A stretch of 64,000 nucleotides of DNA, taken from IMG/VR virus record IMGVR_UViG_3300036944_000898, positions 1 through 64,000 of that record. One strand, given 5' to 3'. Shown one piece after another: positions 37,501 through 46,528 of this stretch. Below the pieces are notes generated by a model. That model was not told the origin of the DNA, did not search any database, and saw nothing but the letters and a program-made list of their open reading frames with translations. Both the position numbers and the translations under genes were made by a program. Every line of letters begins with the position of its first letter. Within the stretch, counting starts at the first letter, position 1. This stretch comes from a virus.

Positions 37501-38822
37501 TCGTCTGAAATATTTAAACCTAAATTTTTTAATAATTGTTGTGTGTATTTTTTATAATTTTCAATTTTTTCAACGTTACTTTTATCTTTATTATTTAAAA
37601 CAGACGCTTTATTAAAAACTTGTTTAACTTCCGCTGTAATTTTAGAAAGATAAGGTTTTAAATCTTCTCTTATTTTATTATCACCTAATGTAAATTTATT
37701 ATTAAAAGCATTAATAAACATATCTTTTACAATATTAATTTTATCAATACTATTTGATAAATCTATTGTATTTTGACTAAAACCTTTATCTGTTTTAGAA
37801 TATTTTTCATTTACAAAAGTATTTTTAGCTTTGTAAAAACCTTGAATAAATTCATTTCTAAAATTTTCATCTTTATTATCTATTAAAGATTTATAAACTT
37901 CTTTTAAATATGGAAAATAATTTGAAAATTCTTGTATTTTATTTAAATAAATATCATATAAATATTCATTTTCTAAAGGTATTTCATTAGATAAAATATC
38001 TTGTAATTTAGAATAAACAACATCAAAATCAATTAATGTAAAATCATCCCAAATTTCATCTTTTTTTTCTGTATTATTAAGTAAACTTAATCTTAATTTA
38101 ACATTAGTAGTTACTTTAGATTTACCAGATCTTTCAAAAGATGCTTTACCTATAACACCTTCTCTATTATTTTCTAAATCTTCTTCAATATCTTCATCTT
38201 CTTTAATATCAATAGTTAAATCTTTAAATTTTTGAATAACTAAATCTTTTAATTCATCAATGTTTTCTAAAGCTTCTTCTAAATATAAAAGTCTACCGTA
38301 AGCATCTGCTGCTTCTTCTTCAGTACCAGTTTCAGTAATATCTTCTAATTGTTTGATTTTTTTATTTATTTCAAAAACAATAAATTTATCAATTTTAGGT
38401 AATGAATTAGTTGTTGAAAAATCAATATTATTAAAATTAACATTTAAATGTCTTTTAATATAAGATGCAACAAGTCTTGAAGTAACATTTTTAATTTGTT
38501 CTCCAGTCCATATTTTAGAAATACCTTTAGCAGAAGATGGAAAATATGATCTATTATTATTTTTATCTAAAAAATAATATTTATTTTCATCTTTATCAAA
38601 TATTAATAAAGGTTCACCATTTTCATCTAATCTTTCATTTTGAATACCTTTTTTATAAGCATCCACATAATTAAAACCAAATAATTTATCAAATGTTTTA
38701 TCTTCAAACCAATTATAATAAAAAGTAGCTAACTGTTCATTACCGTTAGCTACTCCATTATAAATAGTCTTAAATAAAATAGATTCTCCTTTATTAGTTT
38801 TACTAATTTTTATACATCCCAT
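31575..38822 (-). CDS. giant virion protein, putative two-barrel (QDE-1/RDR-like) RNA polymerase
   Basis: 2415-aa ORF. GYRIPNQGLPSND-x27-GSDYDIDKMYV (34674-34805) mirrors the R-x-P..D / GSDLDGD signature of RDR-type polymerases and NADFDGDQM of beta-prime. Confidence 0.5.
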   Translation of the reverse strand: MGCIKISKTNKGESILFKTIYNGVANGNEQLATFYYNWFEDKTFDKLFGFNYVDAYKKGIQNERLDENGEPLLIFDKDENKYYFLDKNNNRSYFPSSAKGISKIWTGEQIKNVTSRLVASYIKRHLNVNFNNIDFSTTNSLPKIDKFIVFEINKKIKQLEDITETGTEEEAADAYGRLLYLEEALENIDELKDLVIQKFKDLTIDIKEDEDIEEDLENNREGVIGKASFERSGKSKVTTNVKLRLSLLNNTEKKDEIWDDFTLIDFDVVYSKLQDILSNEIPLENEYLYDIYLNKIQEFSNYFPYLKEVYKSLIDNKDENFRNEFIQGFYKAKNTFVNEKYSKTDKGFSQNTIDLSNSIDKINIVKDMFINAFNNKFTLGDNKIREDLKPYLSKITAEVKQVFNKASVLNNKDKSNVEKIENYKKYTQQLLKNLGLNISDDAFNYYLDFPLNTNLKELSEKDRIEIFNKINNLISKLDNYVLKNINDNLKLEINISKTFQSTDEINKLIRAQAFINNDMSDVNLRIGGEKRWVFSNPSHLHMELERWKKDPSILLKNYYNDPYQESSRWVEEWFELKDSKNKDKSFKELVEIGRANLEKVKLGILGEITLSGTKDEFKKTTDLSFKDYFINNINSVLKTQSFVRTITQADKSTEFTFKSLIKRLKSFVGYNVELDEFELSDEVKKTYFNYYLSELKRALVAKEEVEEAIKNNDYSKLTPHYHYNYKKFLENPKSIEFFNGNAFKSQYFDKLNNGSAKSNIEKEIVDIIYNSNGTLKIKDLTDFTLNKIGLEDKFNNYLQTMITFEARKTLKEMLSLGLIKVENSLYINKLLDINILDEYTQSNTPNGISNAITKMAIDYMINGISNNIEFSKLFTGDVSYYKDSVDFKKRVPATYTDGKYLILKPGEESFNIATIEAVIQDSPFLEALKKDNEINGIDEHTIEMLSDINSTDAQAWITPERWKFLKQRLGEWSEIHDSVFKKMNFDKNEIYTKEELKVAAQPLKGVYFYKINGKPTYLKYSQAVLSKSLIKGTDLERVFDKMTKNDKGETLDYKDQIQELITFDGVKVGSITPTKIHDNNGNLLPNEQLSFNVQTLNNHGWKLQQDLPTKNFKSTDVGSQIQKNILAGIKHYLNNSNFTYKGKKITGQELNDELVKTIGNLSDEGYKRLISKAGIDDKGNIINTKRFYKSLISELKSRGGSENVIKALEAETSLFGIPQTTGKIFQIFASMINKSVIKIQTNGGSFIQMADFGLTYNNIKQGKSGIILNPNIKGLNPPMIRTNEDGSRNVTPGSVFVPASFIAKYIPNWKDFTVDELFISYNGGHPIIDKRIQENIIGYRIPNQGLPSNDSLQIAGILPESAGDTIVAYVGITSKTGSDYDIDKMYVMFPQYEQVVHKEEEVFEQVEKVLRGINNEETLSNYKKFLDKFDNIDNDVLSSDFISEYNNVENKEDKTLFLRNIRKELINFIVNNSESKQVKLTFKDLNFTTTGLQYSTKGAKGEQNKLIEIYKSVLTNPEVYSDLMKSIDNDFIKKEINNLKPEESNSFMNAMNPRDDVKLRYSFLGGKAGVGMEANAMTDIWRTGKLIISNLANFTWGNYNMINKETELDMEYSEELSEEDLNYYVSEMIDSKAPKERIEEFKKTIKKVKIGETLGTILNAFVDIAKDPYISKGNWTTSTTNVGNLMIRMGVHPLYVVNFLANPIISRYNQYQQDNEGLFDNQSGDTFNKFKQFIIQDFIGDEEKGGKPIYSSLYVQYFNDLNISELEDNVDILKKRDNVKTEVIKRLNNSEEDYNKFFNLASSFYNQVYKPESLNLFDRMISQYGEFKLDLQYFRNQIKNEKNTNLNFQITLLNEFRNIQNSSKNLKTIVDFGKLDVNGVGKDPNGIFYLESLLDEIKINSEKTTDENNKPIKGIIKGFDSKLQNTILSKYYNNLLKIKDILEKNSSMFPMSNENVRNLLSVMVDDITKSYSKKEEIYEKLSRQFKTYIYSKVFDIQDTEKENILDNTHKTLQNFKEDVKDKYFIIDNLNISNDKIGLNNSDRSLEFQRLFTNSWEQLFEDHPDFAEQLVKYSFLTSGFNSNRTQFYSYIPYQYFIKLNINNKVKDIFNKSNFEEFENKFYLNNLTDTSIVKNVFDSDLKETLNNKFVLQSTTNKGQFIKVNEEFYRLVGISKTDKFIYVKIKNTPVSNNYNVELDLNNFDENMLKTEQPIVNQEQEIKQSIETKQEVKSEVIKYSDEFFKQIDDNNIKEQLLNPKNKFTLLSKEQYGKDLDNVLGETITKDNIEEAFNNPERVLENGSETEFLTNYYVEEDNNGYDYSQMSIKDIYEDYIKAKSIEEKEALRLFLNTKDFNLLSEEDVLKNYKNPNQLSLFDQLEQDKQLWEEIKDKWIESGRTEADFNSMNNEEREHIIENCL

Positions 38823-38825
38823 ATT

Positions 38826-41800
38826 TTATATATTACATACTTTATTAACAACTTCATTTAATTTCTCAAAATTAAATTCTTGTTTTAATTGTTCAAATTG
38901 ATCTAAAACATTCATAGATTTTGGTTTAAAATCTAAATTGTCTTTTGCAAATTTTATTATTTTAAATTTATCTTTAATATTTGTTATATTTTCAATGTTA
39001 GACAAAGATACGAAATTTTCTTCAATATTCCTAATTTTTTCTTCAATTTCTTTTATTCTAACATTAAAAACAGCTTTTAATGAAGCTATTGGTGCTTTAT
39101 CACGATTAGAAACTTCAGTTTGAAGTTGTTTTTTTAAATCTTCTAATGATTCAGTTACTTCATAACTTTCACCAGTATCAGGATCTACAACAGTTTTAGT
39201 TAACTTAAAATTAGGATTAGTACCAAAAGCATTTGTTTCTTCAGGTTCATTTTCTAAGGCTTTTAGTTCTGCATCATATTCAGCATTAATTTCTTGTTGA
39301 TTTTGTAATTTGCCTTCATAATCGATTTTTACATAATCTTCTTTAATTAATTTTTTATTTACACCCCATTTTTCTAATTCTTCCTGTCTTCTTCTTTCTA
39401 TATCAGCTTTTTTAGCTTCAATATTAGATTGAGGTTCATTATATACAATTTCTTTTGATAAATGTATTTCTGTATTGTCAATTTCTTTTTCTTCTTTAGA
39501 AACAGTTTTATTATCTTCTAAATTAATAACATCATTATTTAAATAAATATTACTATAACCTTCAAACATATCTTTATTAATAGATACGTTTGTACTAACT
39601 AAAGCATTACCACTTTCATTATCAAAATTACCAATATCAAATACATGTTTAATATATTCATCATTATTTAATTTATCAGCTTTTATATTAGTTTTTTTAT
39701 ACATTATAAAATTAACTAAATGATTTAATCTTGCTAATTCATTAGTATCTAATTCTGATTCATCATTAATTAAAGCATCTATATTATTGTTTTGAAATCC
39801 TATAAACCCAATACTAGATAAATTCATTTCATAACCAATAGAACCATTTTCTTGTAAGTCTTCATTAACTTTTTGAATTAAACTTCCTAAAGTAAGATTA
39901 CCACTATTATCAATAAATAATTTAGTAATTGGATTGTTATTTTGACTAAAAGTAATATATTCTATAATTTCTTTAAGTCTAGTAATATTATTAGCTTTTG
40001 AAGATAATTTAATTTCAGAATTTAATATATCAAAAGCTTTTTTACCAATATTATCTTCTATAAATTTAATAAATTTATCATCACTTAATACATTTTCACC
40101 TTCATTATTTTTTATAGTTTTAGACAATAATGCAAAAAGTTGAACTGTTGATTTAGCTTTATCTCTAGTAATTCTTTTATTATTTAATTTAATAGGAACT
40201 TTTTCACCATTAGGTCTAGTTACTACTAAAAATAAATCACCACTATGAAATGAGTTTACAACATTAAAAAAACTATCAACAGCTATTTGTCTAGTTTTAG
40301 TATGAACTAATTGTTTAGAATGATTAACAATGTATGAATTTTCTTTGATATAATTAATTTTTTGTTCATTAGTCATACCATTAAAAACACTTAATTTTAA
40401 TACATTATTATTTGTAGAATTATTATCTAAGTTTAATTTACCCTTACCCTGACCTTGAACAGAACCTTTAAATTTAGTAAAATCACCTTTATTGTCAATT
40501 AAAGCTTTTATAATAGATTTACGTAATAGTAATTCATTTTTAATAAAAATATCATTTTCAGCTACATTATTTGTTTTAGCTTTTAAAAATGAAGAAGCTT
40601 TTTCTTTACCATTATTTAAAGTAACTTGTATTGGTAAATAATTTTCTAACCATTCTTGATGTTCTTTTAAAAATTCTATTTCTGAAGGTATTAATAAATT
40701 TCCATTTTTTAATTTTGTAAAAATAGCTAATATAGTAGGTTGACCTGTAATATATTTTAAATCACCTAAACTAAAAACTACATCATCTTTAGTTTTATCT
40801 CTAGGTTCTTTTTCAAACTTTTTAAATATATCACTAAAAAAGTTTTGAATTTTATGACCTAAAGTATTATTTTCTTTAGGTGTAACAACTTCTATACTTG
40901 TAAAAGAATTTAATATATCATTATCTTTCTCTTTTCTAATAGAATCATCTTTAGCTAAATCTTCTTTATTTATACCTTCTAATTCAGATAATTTAAAATC
41001 AGATTTATCTTCAACTTTTTCTTGTGTAGGTAATGTGTTAATTTGTTCTTCATTTAAAAGTACAATAGCATCTTTTACTTCTTCTGGAATATCTTGTTCT
41101 TTTAAAAATTCACCTAAATCTTCTTGAGTAAATGTAGGATTACCTTGTTCATCTAAACTTTGGTCAATCATATCTTTAATCTCTTTTTCTACTTCAGCAA
41201 CTTCATTAACTTTTAAAGCAGAATCTATTTTATCGTCTTCTGTTATTTCAGGTTTTTGAAATACTGTATTTTCTTCTTTTATTTGTTGAAATAAATCTTC
41301 TTTTTCTTTTTTTAATGTTTCAAGTTCTTGATTATTTACTTCTGAAGTTTTTGCTTTATTTTTTTCGGAAGAGATAGTAATTTCATTTTTTGTATTACTG
41401 TCTTTTTTGTCGACTGTTTCATTTTTATTTATTTTTAAATTATATAATAATGCTTCTATTGTTTCTAAATTACTATATGCTTGATTTAAAACATCATTTT
41501 CTTCTTTAGTGTTTTTATCATTATATAATCTTACTGTACGTTTAAAAGCATCTATTAACCATAATGATAATTGTAATTCTTGAGATTTAGTTAAAATTTT
41601 ATCTTCGTATAAATTATCTAAAGCTTCTGCTACAATATTTGTCATATTAGTTTCCCAAATAGTATCTAATATAGCATTAAGATTAGAATAATTATTTTCA
41701 AGTTTTTCAATTACTTCTTCAGTATTTTCAATTTCTTGACGATATTTTAGTTGATTTCTTTTAATTTCAACAGCAGTAATTAATTTTTCATTTTTAATTT

Positions 41801-44534
41801 CTTGAGATGGTTTATTAATAGGTGATAAAGAAATAATATTTCCTTTACTATCAATATTAATAATATATTTTATATCATTAACTGTTACAGAATCTTCTGT
41901 AATATCTGTAATATTATATTTAGTATCTAATGTATCAAGTTTAAAAGAATTTATATCTTCAACAATTATTTCATGAATTGTATTATCATCATGTAACTCA
42001 TATCTATTATCATTAATTTTAATTAAAGTACCTTTAATATTACCATTTAAAATTACTCTTTTATTTAAATTTTCTAATAAAAATATTTTTTTATTTAATT
42101 CTTTAATTCTGGGATCTTCAACTGGTTTAGTTTTTTTATTTTTTGTAGGTATTGATTTATTAGTTGTAGTTGATGTCGTTGTATTACTAATAGGAGTATT
42201 TACAGGTGTGTTAGATAAAGGTGATGTTGGTACTACTGGTGTAGTCTTATTTGTAGGGCTAAATGCTGCTAATAATTCATCAGGAGGCATTTCATCTTTT
42301 AAAATATCTTCTTTTTCAGAAAGATCTTCAATATTATCTTCTTCCTTTGATAAAAAATCATCATTTATTTTTTTATTGTCAAAATAATTTTCTGATATTT
42401 CAATACTAGTTTCTTTTAATTTATCTTCTAATTTATTTTTATAATCTAAAAGTTTTTTATATGATTCATTTTTAAAAGCATGTTGTTCTTTCTTTTTATT
42501 TGTAAAAGATTCTGTAGTATCTGTATTATGAACATAATCATTAATTAATTCATCTGTGGTTACTTCATTTAAACCATGAATATTATTTAATTGTTCTAAT
42601 TCTTTATTTACAGATTTTAATTTATTTTGAACTTGTTCTTTTTCCATTTCAGCTAAAGCATAAGAACTACTTAATCTATTAAAATATTCAGCTTTAGCTA
42701 AATCTAATATTTTTTGTTGTTCTTTATTTTTAGCTTTAATTTTAACATCAAATCTTTTATTTATAAAATTAGTATAAAAATCATATTTTTTAGAAACATT
42801 TTCTGCTGTTTTAATTACTTCTTCTTTTCTAGATTTAATTATTTCAAAATCTTCAGAATTTTTAACTTCATCTGATTCTAACATTTTATCATAATATTGA
42901 GTTAAAGCATCAATTCCAATTTCTCCACTTTTTACAAATGGTAAAATTACATCTTGAATTGTTTTGTTTCTAACTTTTTCTAATGTTTCTTCATTACCAC
43001 TAGTTAAAGCTTCATCATATTCGTCAAATCTATTACTTAAAGCATCTATTGTTTTAAATTTTTCAATAATTTCTTTTTTACTAACGGATCTTTGATTATT
43101 ATAATTATAAGAAACATTTCCTGAAGGGTCTGTTAACGCTTGTAATGTTTGGTCATATCTTTGTGTTAAAGATACAGCTTCATCACTTTGTTTTTTATTA
43201 CGAACATCTTCTTTTCTACCTTGATAAACAGACATTGAAGAACCTAATAAACCTCCTAAAAATATAGCTTTTTGTCCATCAACTGAAGATATAGTATCCA
43301 AATAAGCTTCTTTTAATCCTTTAGGGTCAAAATCATCAAAACTTAACAAACCATCTCCTTTTAAATTATTTTTTTTAGCTTTGTTTTTAAAATAATTTTC
43401 AACAGTAGTTTGTGATGCTTCCTCTACAAAACCTTCAGATAATGTAGAACCAGCCATTCTTTTACCGCTATTTTTTAAAAATTCTTTAGCTCCATATTTA
43501 GACATAAATTTACTAGCCCCTTTACCAAACATGATAGAGGATTGTATTGCATTAGGAATAGTTAATAAAGCAACATTAGATACAAACATATTTTTACCAA
43601 GAATTGCTTTTTGAGTATTAAATTCTTGTTCAGCTTGTTCCATTGTTTTACCGGAAGATAACACATTATCTATAAATTCATTTTTATTTTCTTTTTCAAA
43701 AGAATCCATTGCCATTCCAGATTCCGCAGCTGCTTCTAAATAAGTATTAGCTGTTGTTGCTGCAATCATATCAAAATTTTCAACAGTTAATCCTAATTGT
43801 GAAGCTTTTTGAGCACCTTGCATTAACTTTTGAAATTTAGTACCTTTACTACCAAGTGATAACGCTACTTCTGAAGTACGTGCTAATTTTGAACCTAAAC
43901 CTAAACCTTTTAATATTGCACCAGGTACAAGCATTGATGCCATAAAACCAATACCATCAGCTCCTTCTGTAGCCCAAAAATCTACAGAAGAGATATTATC
44001 CCAAAGATTACCTTCTTTTACTGATTTTTTAACATATATGGGTAAAGCCTCATTATTTACTTTTTCATTTAATTCTGTAATACTTTTAATCCAACCGTTA
44101 TTAAATGCTTGTTCTGTAAAAGAATATTCATTTTTACCTGTAATAGCGTCTGAAGCTTCTCCATATAAACCACCACCTAAACCACCAACATATCCTGGAA
44201 TTTTAGCTATTTCAGAAATAATTTTAGTACTAATTCTAGGTGATAATTTTATAAGTTTATTTAAACTACTTTGATTATTAGCTCTTAATTCACCAAATGG
44301 ATCATTTGAATTTGTATCACCAATACCACCATAAATAGTATGAGGATTTTCCCAACCTTGTAAATAATCTTTATTACCAGAAGTGTTAAAAGCTTCTATT
44401 TTTATATTATTAGGATTGGTTTTATTTTTTTCTTTTAAATATGCTTTTACTCTAGGATCAACTTTAAAACCATCGTCATAAGTTTTAGCTATTGTTTTCT
44501 TAGATATTGGTTTTCCAATTTCTTCTTCTTCCAT
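38826..44534 (-). CDS. giant virion/ejection-type protein
   Basis: 1902-aa ORF with Gly/Ala-rich hydrophobic N-terminal segments, a T/P-rich linker (..PVVPTSPLSNTPVNTPISNTTTSTTT..) and long K/E coiled-coil-like stretches. Confidence 0.6.
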   Translation of the reverse strand: MEEEEIGKPISKKTIAKTYDDGFKVDPRVKAYLKEKNKTNPNNIKIEAFNTSGNKDYLQGWENPHTIYGGIGDTNSNDPFGELRANNQSSLNKLIKLSPRISTKIISEIAKIPGYVGGLGGGLYGEASDAITGKNEYSFTEQAFNNGWIKSITELNEKVNNEALPIYVKKSVKEGNLWDNISSVDFWATEGADGIGFMASMLVPGAILKGLGLGSKLARTSEVALSLGSKGTKFQKLMQGAQKASQLGLTVENFDMIAATTANTYLEAAAESGMAMDSFEKENKNEFIDNVLSSGKTMEQAEQEFNTQKAILGKNMFVSNVALLTIPNAIQSSIMFGKGASKFMSKYGAKEFLKNSGKRMAGSTLSEGFVEEASQTTVENYFKNKAKKNNLKGDGLLSFDDFDPKGLKEAYLDTISSVDGQKAIFLGGLLGSSMSVYQGRKEDVRNKKQSDEAVSLTQRYDQTLQALTDPSGNVSYNYNNQRSVSKKEIIEKFKTIDALSNRFDEYDEALTSGNEETLEKVRNKTIQDVILPFVKSGEIGIDALTQYYDKMLESDEVKNSEDFEIIKSRKEEVIKTAENVSKKYDFYTNFINKRFDVKIKAKNKEQQKILDLAKAEYFNRLSSSYALAEMEKEQVQNKLKSVNKELEQLNNIHGLNEVTTDELINDYVHNTDTTESFTNKKKEQHAFKNESYKKLLDYKNKLEDKLKETSIEISENYFDNKKINDDFLSKEEDNIEDLSEKEDILKDEMPPDELLAAFSPTNKTTPVVPTSPLSNTPVNTPISNTTTSTTTNKSIPTKNKKTKPVEDPRIKELNKKIFLLENLNKRVILNGNIKGTLIKINDNRYELHDDNTIHEIIVEDINSFKLDTLDTKYNITDITEDSVTVNDIKYIINIDSKGNIISLSPINKPSQEIKNEKLITAVEIKRNQLKYRQEIENTEEVIEKLENNYSNLNAILDTIWETNMTNIVAEALDNLYEDKILTKSQELQLSLWLIDAFKRTVRLYNDKNTKEENDVLNQAYSNLETIEALLYNLKINKNETVDKKDSNTKNEITISSEKNKAKTSEVNNQELETLKKEKEDLFQQIKEENTVFQKPEITEDDKIDSALKVNEVAEVEKEIKDMIDQSLDEQGNPTFTQEDLGEFLKEQDIPEEVKDAIVLLNEEQINTLPTQEKVEDKSDFKLSELEGINKEDLAKDDSIRKEKDNDILNSFTSIEVVTPKENNTLGHKIQNFFSDIFKKFEKEPRDKTKDDVVFSLGDLKYITGQPTILAIFTKLKNGNLLIPSEIEFLKEHQEWLENYLPIQVTLNNGKEKASSFLKAKTNNVAENDIFIKNELLLRKSIIKALIDNKGDFTKFKGSVQGQGKGKLNLDNNSTNNNVLKLSVFNGMTNEQKINYIKENSYIVNHSKQLVHTKTRQIAVDSFFNVVNSFHSGDLFLVVTRPNGEKVPIKLNNKRITRDKAKSTVQLFALLSKTIKNNEGENVLSDDKFIKFIEDNIGKKAFDILNSEIKLSSKANNITRLKEIIEYITFSQNNNPITKLFIDNSGNLTLGSLIQKVNEDLQENGSIGYEMNLSSIGFIGFQNNNIDALINDESELDTNELARLNHLVNFIMYKKTNIKADKLNNDEYIKHVFDIGNFDNESGNALVSTNVSINKDMFEGYSNIYLNNDVINLEDNKTVSKEEKEIDNTEIHLSKEIVYNEPQSNIEAKKADIERRRQEELEKWGVNKKLIKEDYVKIDYEGKLQNQQEINAEYDAELKALENEPEETNAFGTNPNFKLTKTVVDPDTGESYEVTESLEDLKKQLQTEVSNRDKAPIASLKAVFNVRIKEIEEKIRNIEENFVSLSNIENITNIKDKFKIIKFAKDNLDFKPKSMNVLDQFEQLKQEFNFEKLNEVVNKVCNI

Positions 44535-44536
44535 AA

Positions 44537-46528
44537 TTATCTATTTTGTTCTATCTTATTTAAAGCATTTTGAGCAATAGCTTGACCTTTTAAACCACCT
44601 TTATCTCTAATTAATTTAAGTAATTCTACTTCAGGACTATTTGTACCGTAACCATCAGATGCACCAGATGTAATATTTGTTTTATCCCCTAATCTAACTG
44701 TTATTGTAAAAGGTTTACTTTCTCCAACAGTTCCTTTTTTCCATATACCACTTAATATTTTTTCATTAGCATCATTATCTTTTCCAGGATAAACTCTAAA
44801 TCTCATAGAAGGATAACCATTATCATTATCAGACATATCTACAAATTCTAATTTATCTGCTGTTTGCATTACTTTATGAATGTTAATTCTATTTTGAGCT
44901 ATGTTCTTTCTCATATCACCTTTTCTTAAATCATGCATGTTTCCTTCACTATCACTAACTTGTGTTATTGAACTAAAAGCATTAGCAGATGTTGGATTTT
45001 GTACAACTTGTGATAATTTATCGTTTATTACAGAAATCATTTTACCTGTTCCTTTTTGAGAATCAGAAGTTAATGGTGCATAATATTGAGTATATTTATT
45101 TTGGTTAGAAAATACATCGTTTTTATAATTATTATATACTTTAGATTTATTTAATACATTTTTTCTATAATTTTCAGTTATTTCTGGATGTTCTCTTGCA
45201 AAAATAGCAGTACTACTATCTCCTAACATTTCATTAGAACCATAATTTCCATCTGTTAAAAATTTAGCAAAATTATATTCTTTTGAATCTTTTTTATATT
45301 TAGATAAAAATTTATCTTTTGAATTATTATATATTCTTTCTACTTGACCTAAAGTAATTCCTTTAGAACCAGGTATTCCTAATTCATTTGCATAATGAAC
45401 ATGCACAGCCTTACCATTACTTTTAATAATGTTAGAATATTGATGTATTTTATTTTTGTCAATTTTATTGTAATTATCTAACATTCCTTTAGCTACAATA
45501 TATTGTTCTTTTTCATCATCATTTAAATTAGAAAATCCTTTTTTATCTAATCTGTTTACAATACCTATTGATTGTCCAATACTTTCATCAGGATCTGAAG
45601 ATGCTTCTTCAGTGTTAGCCATTGTAATTGCATTAGCTTGTTGTTCTGTTGCTAAATCTAATGAGTTTTTATAACCATCTACATTTATTTTACTAACATC
45701 TTTTCTTTGAATATCTGTATCTATTTTAGTTAATCCTAAATTATATGCTTCAGATAAAGCACTTTCTACAGATTGTCCAGCATATTCTCTAGCTTTACTT
45801 AAATCACTTGTAGGATCATTAAGTTTTGTATAAATAGAAGTTAATCCTGCTACAATTTGAGGATTGTTATAACTTACTTTATTACCAGTTTCTCTATTTG
45901 TAACAACAATAGAACCGTTTGGTCCAGCACTAATACTACCATTACCACTAATTATATCTGTAGCTATTTTAGAATTTCCTGTTATTTTAGAAATTTGTTC
46001 CCATTCATCTTGAATAGTTCTTTTTTCAGGAGCAGATAATGAACCTATAGATGTAATTTCACCTTTTTCATCATAACCTTTATATTGATTTAAATGTTTA
46101 TTCCAATTTAAATCAAATTCTTGTTGTGACCATTTTTTATCTTCATTAGATTTTTTAAAATCTTCTAAAGCTTTAAAATATGTACTATGTGCGTTATTTA
46201 TTTGTCCAAGTCTTCCTGTTGGAGAAAATTCATCTTTAACTTCTCTATTTAATTTAATAACATTGTCTGTCATTCCATTATCAAATCCTTTATTTGCTAA
46301 ATCTGAACTTAAAGCATCTATTCTACTTAATAAATAATCTTTACGTTGTTTTGCTTCTTCTGTATGAACAGGTAATGCGTTTATTTTATCTAACTCAGAT
46401 TGTTGAGATTGTATATCTTTTTGTACATTATTATGTTGTTCTCTCATTGCAAGAGGTGTCATCATAATTTCTTGCATACTCATTGGATTATATGCAGAAA
46501 CTGAACCATTATCAAATCGATTTGCCAT
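44537..46528 (-). CDS. virion-associated hypothetical protein
   Basis: 663-aa ORF in the same tightly packed operon. Confidence 0.7.
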   Translation of the reverse strand: MANRFDNGSVSAYNPMSMQEIMMTPLAMREQHNNVQKDIQSQQSELDKINALPVHTEEAKQRKDYLLSRIDALSSDLANKGFDNGMTDNVIKLNREVKDEFSPTGRLGQINNAHSTYFKALEDFKKSNEDKKWSQQEFDLNWNKHLNQYKGYDEKGEITSIGSLSAPEKRTIQDEWEQISKITGNSKIATDIISGNGSISAGPNGSIVVTNRETGNKVSYNNPQIVAGLTSIYTKLNDPTSDLSKAREYAGQSVESALSEAYNLGLTKIDTDIQRKDVSKINVDGYKNSLDLATEQQANAITMANTEEASSDPDESIGQSIGIVNRLDKKGFSNLNDDEKEQYIVAKGMLDNYNKIDKNKIHQYSNIIKSNGKAVHVHYANELGIPGSKGITLGQVERIYNNSKDKFLSKYKKDSKEYNFAKFLTDGNYGSNEMLGDSSTAIFAREHPEITENYRKNVLNKSKVYNNYKNDVFSNQNKYTQYYAPLTSDSQKGTGKMISVINDKLSQVVQNPTSANAFSSITQVSDSEGNMHDLRKGDMRKNIAQNRINIHKVMQTADKLEFVDMSDNDNGYPSMRFRVYPGKDNDANEKILSGIWKKGTVGESKPFTITVRLGDKTNITSGASDGYGTNSPEVELLKLIRDKGGLKGQAIAQNALNKIEQNR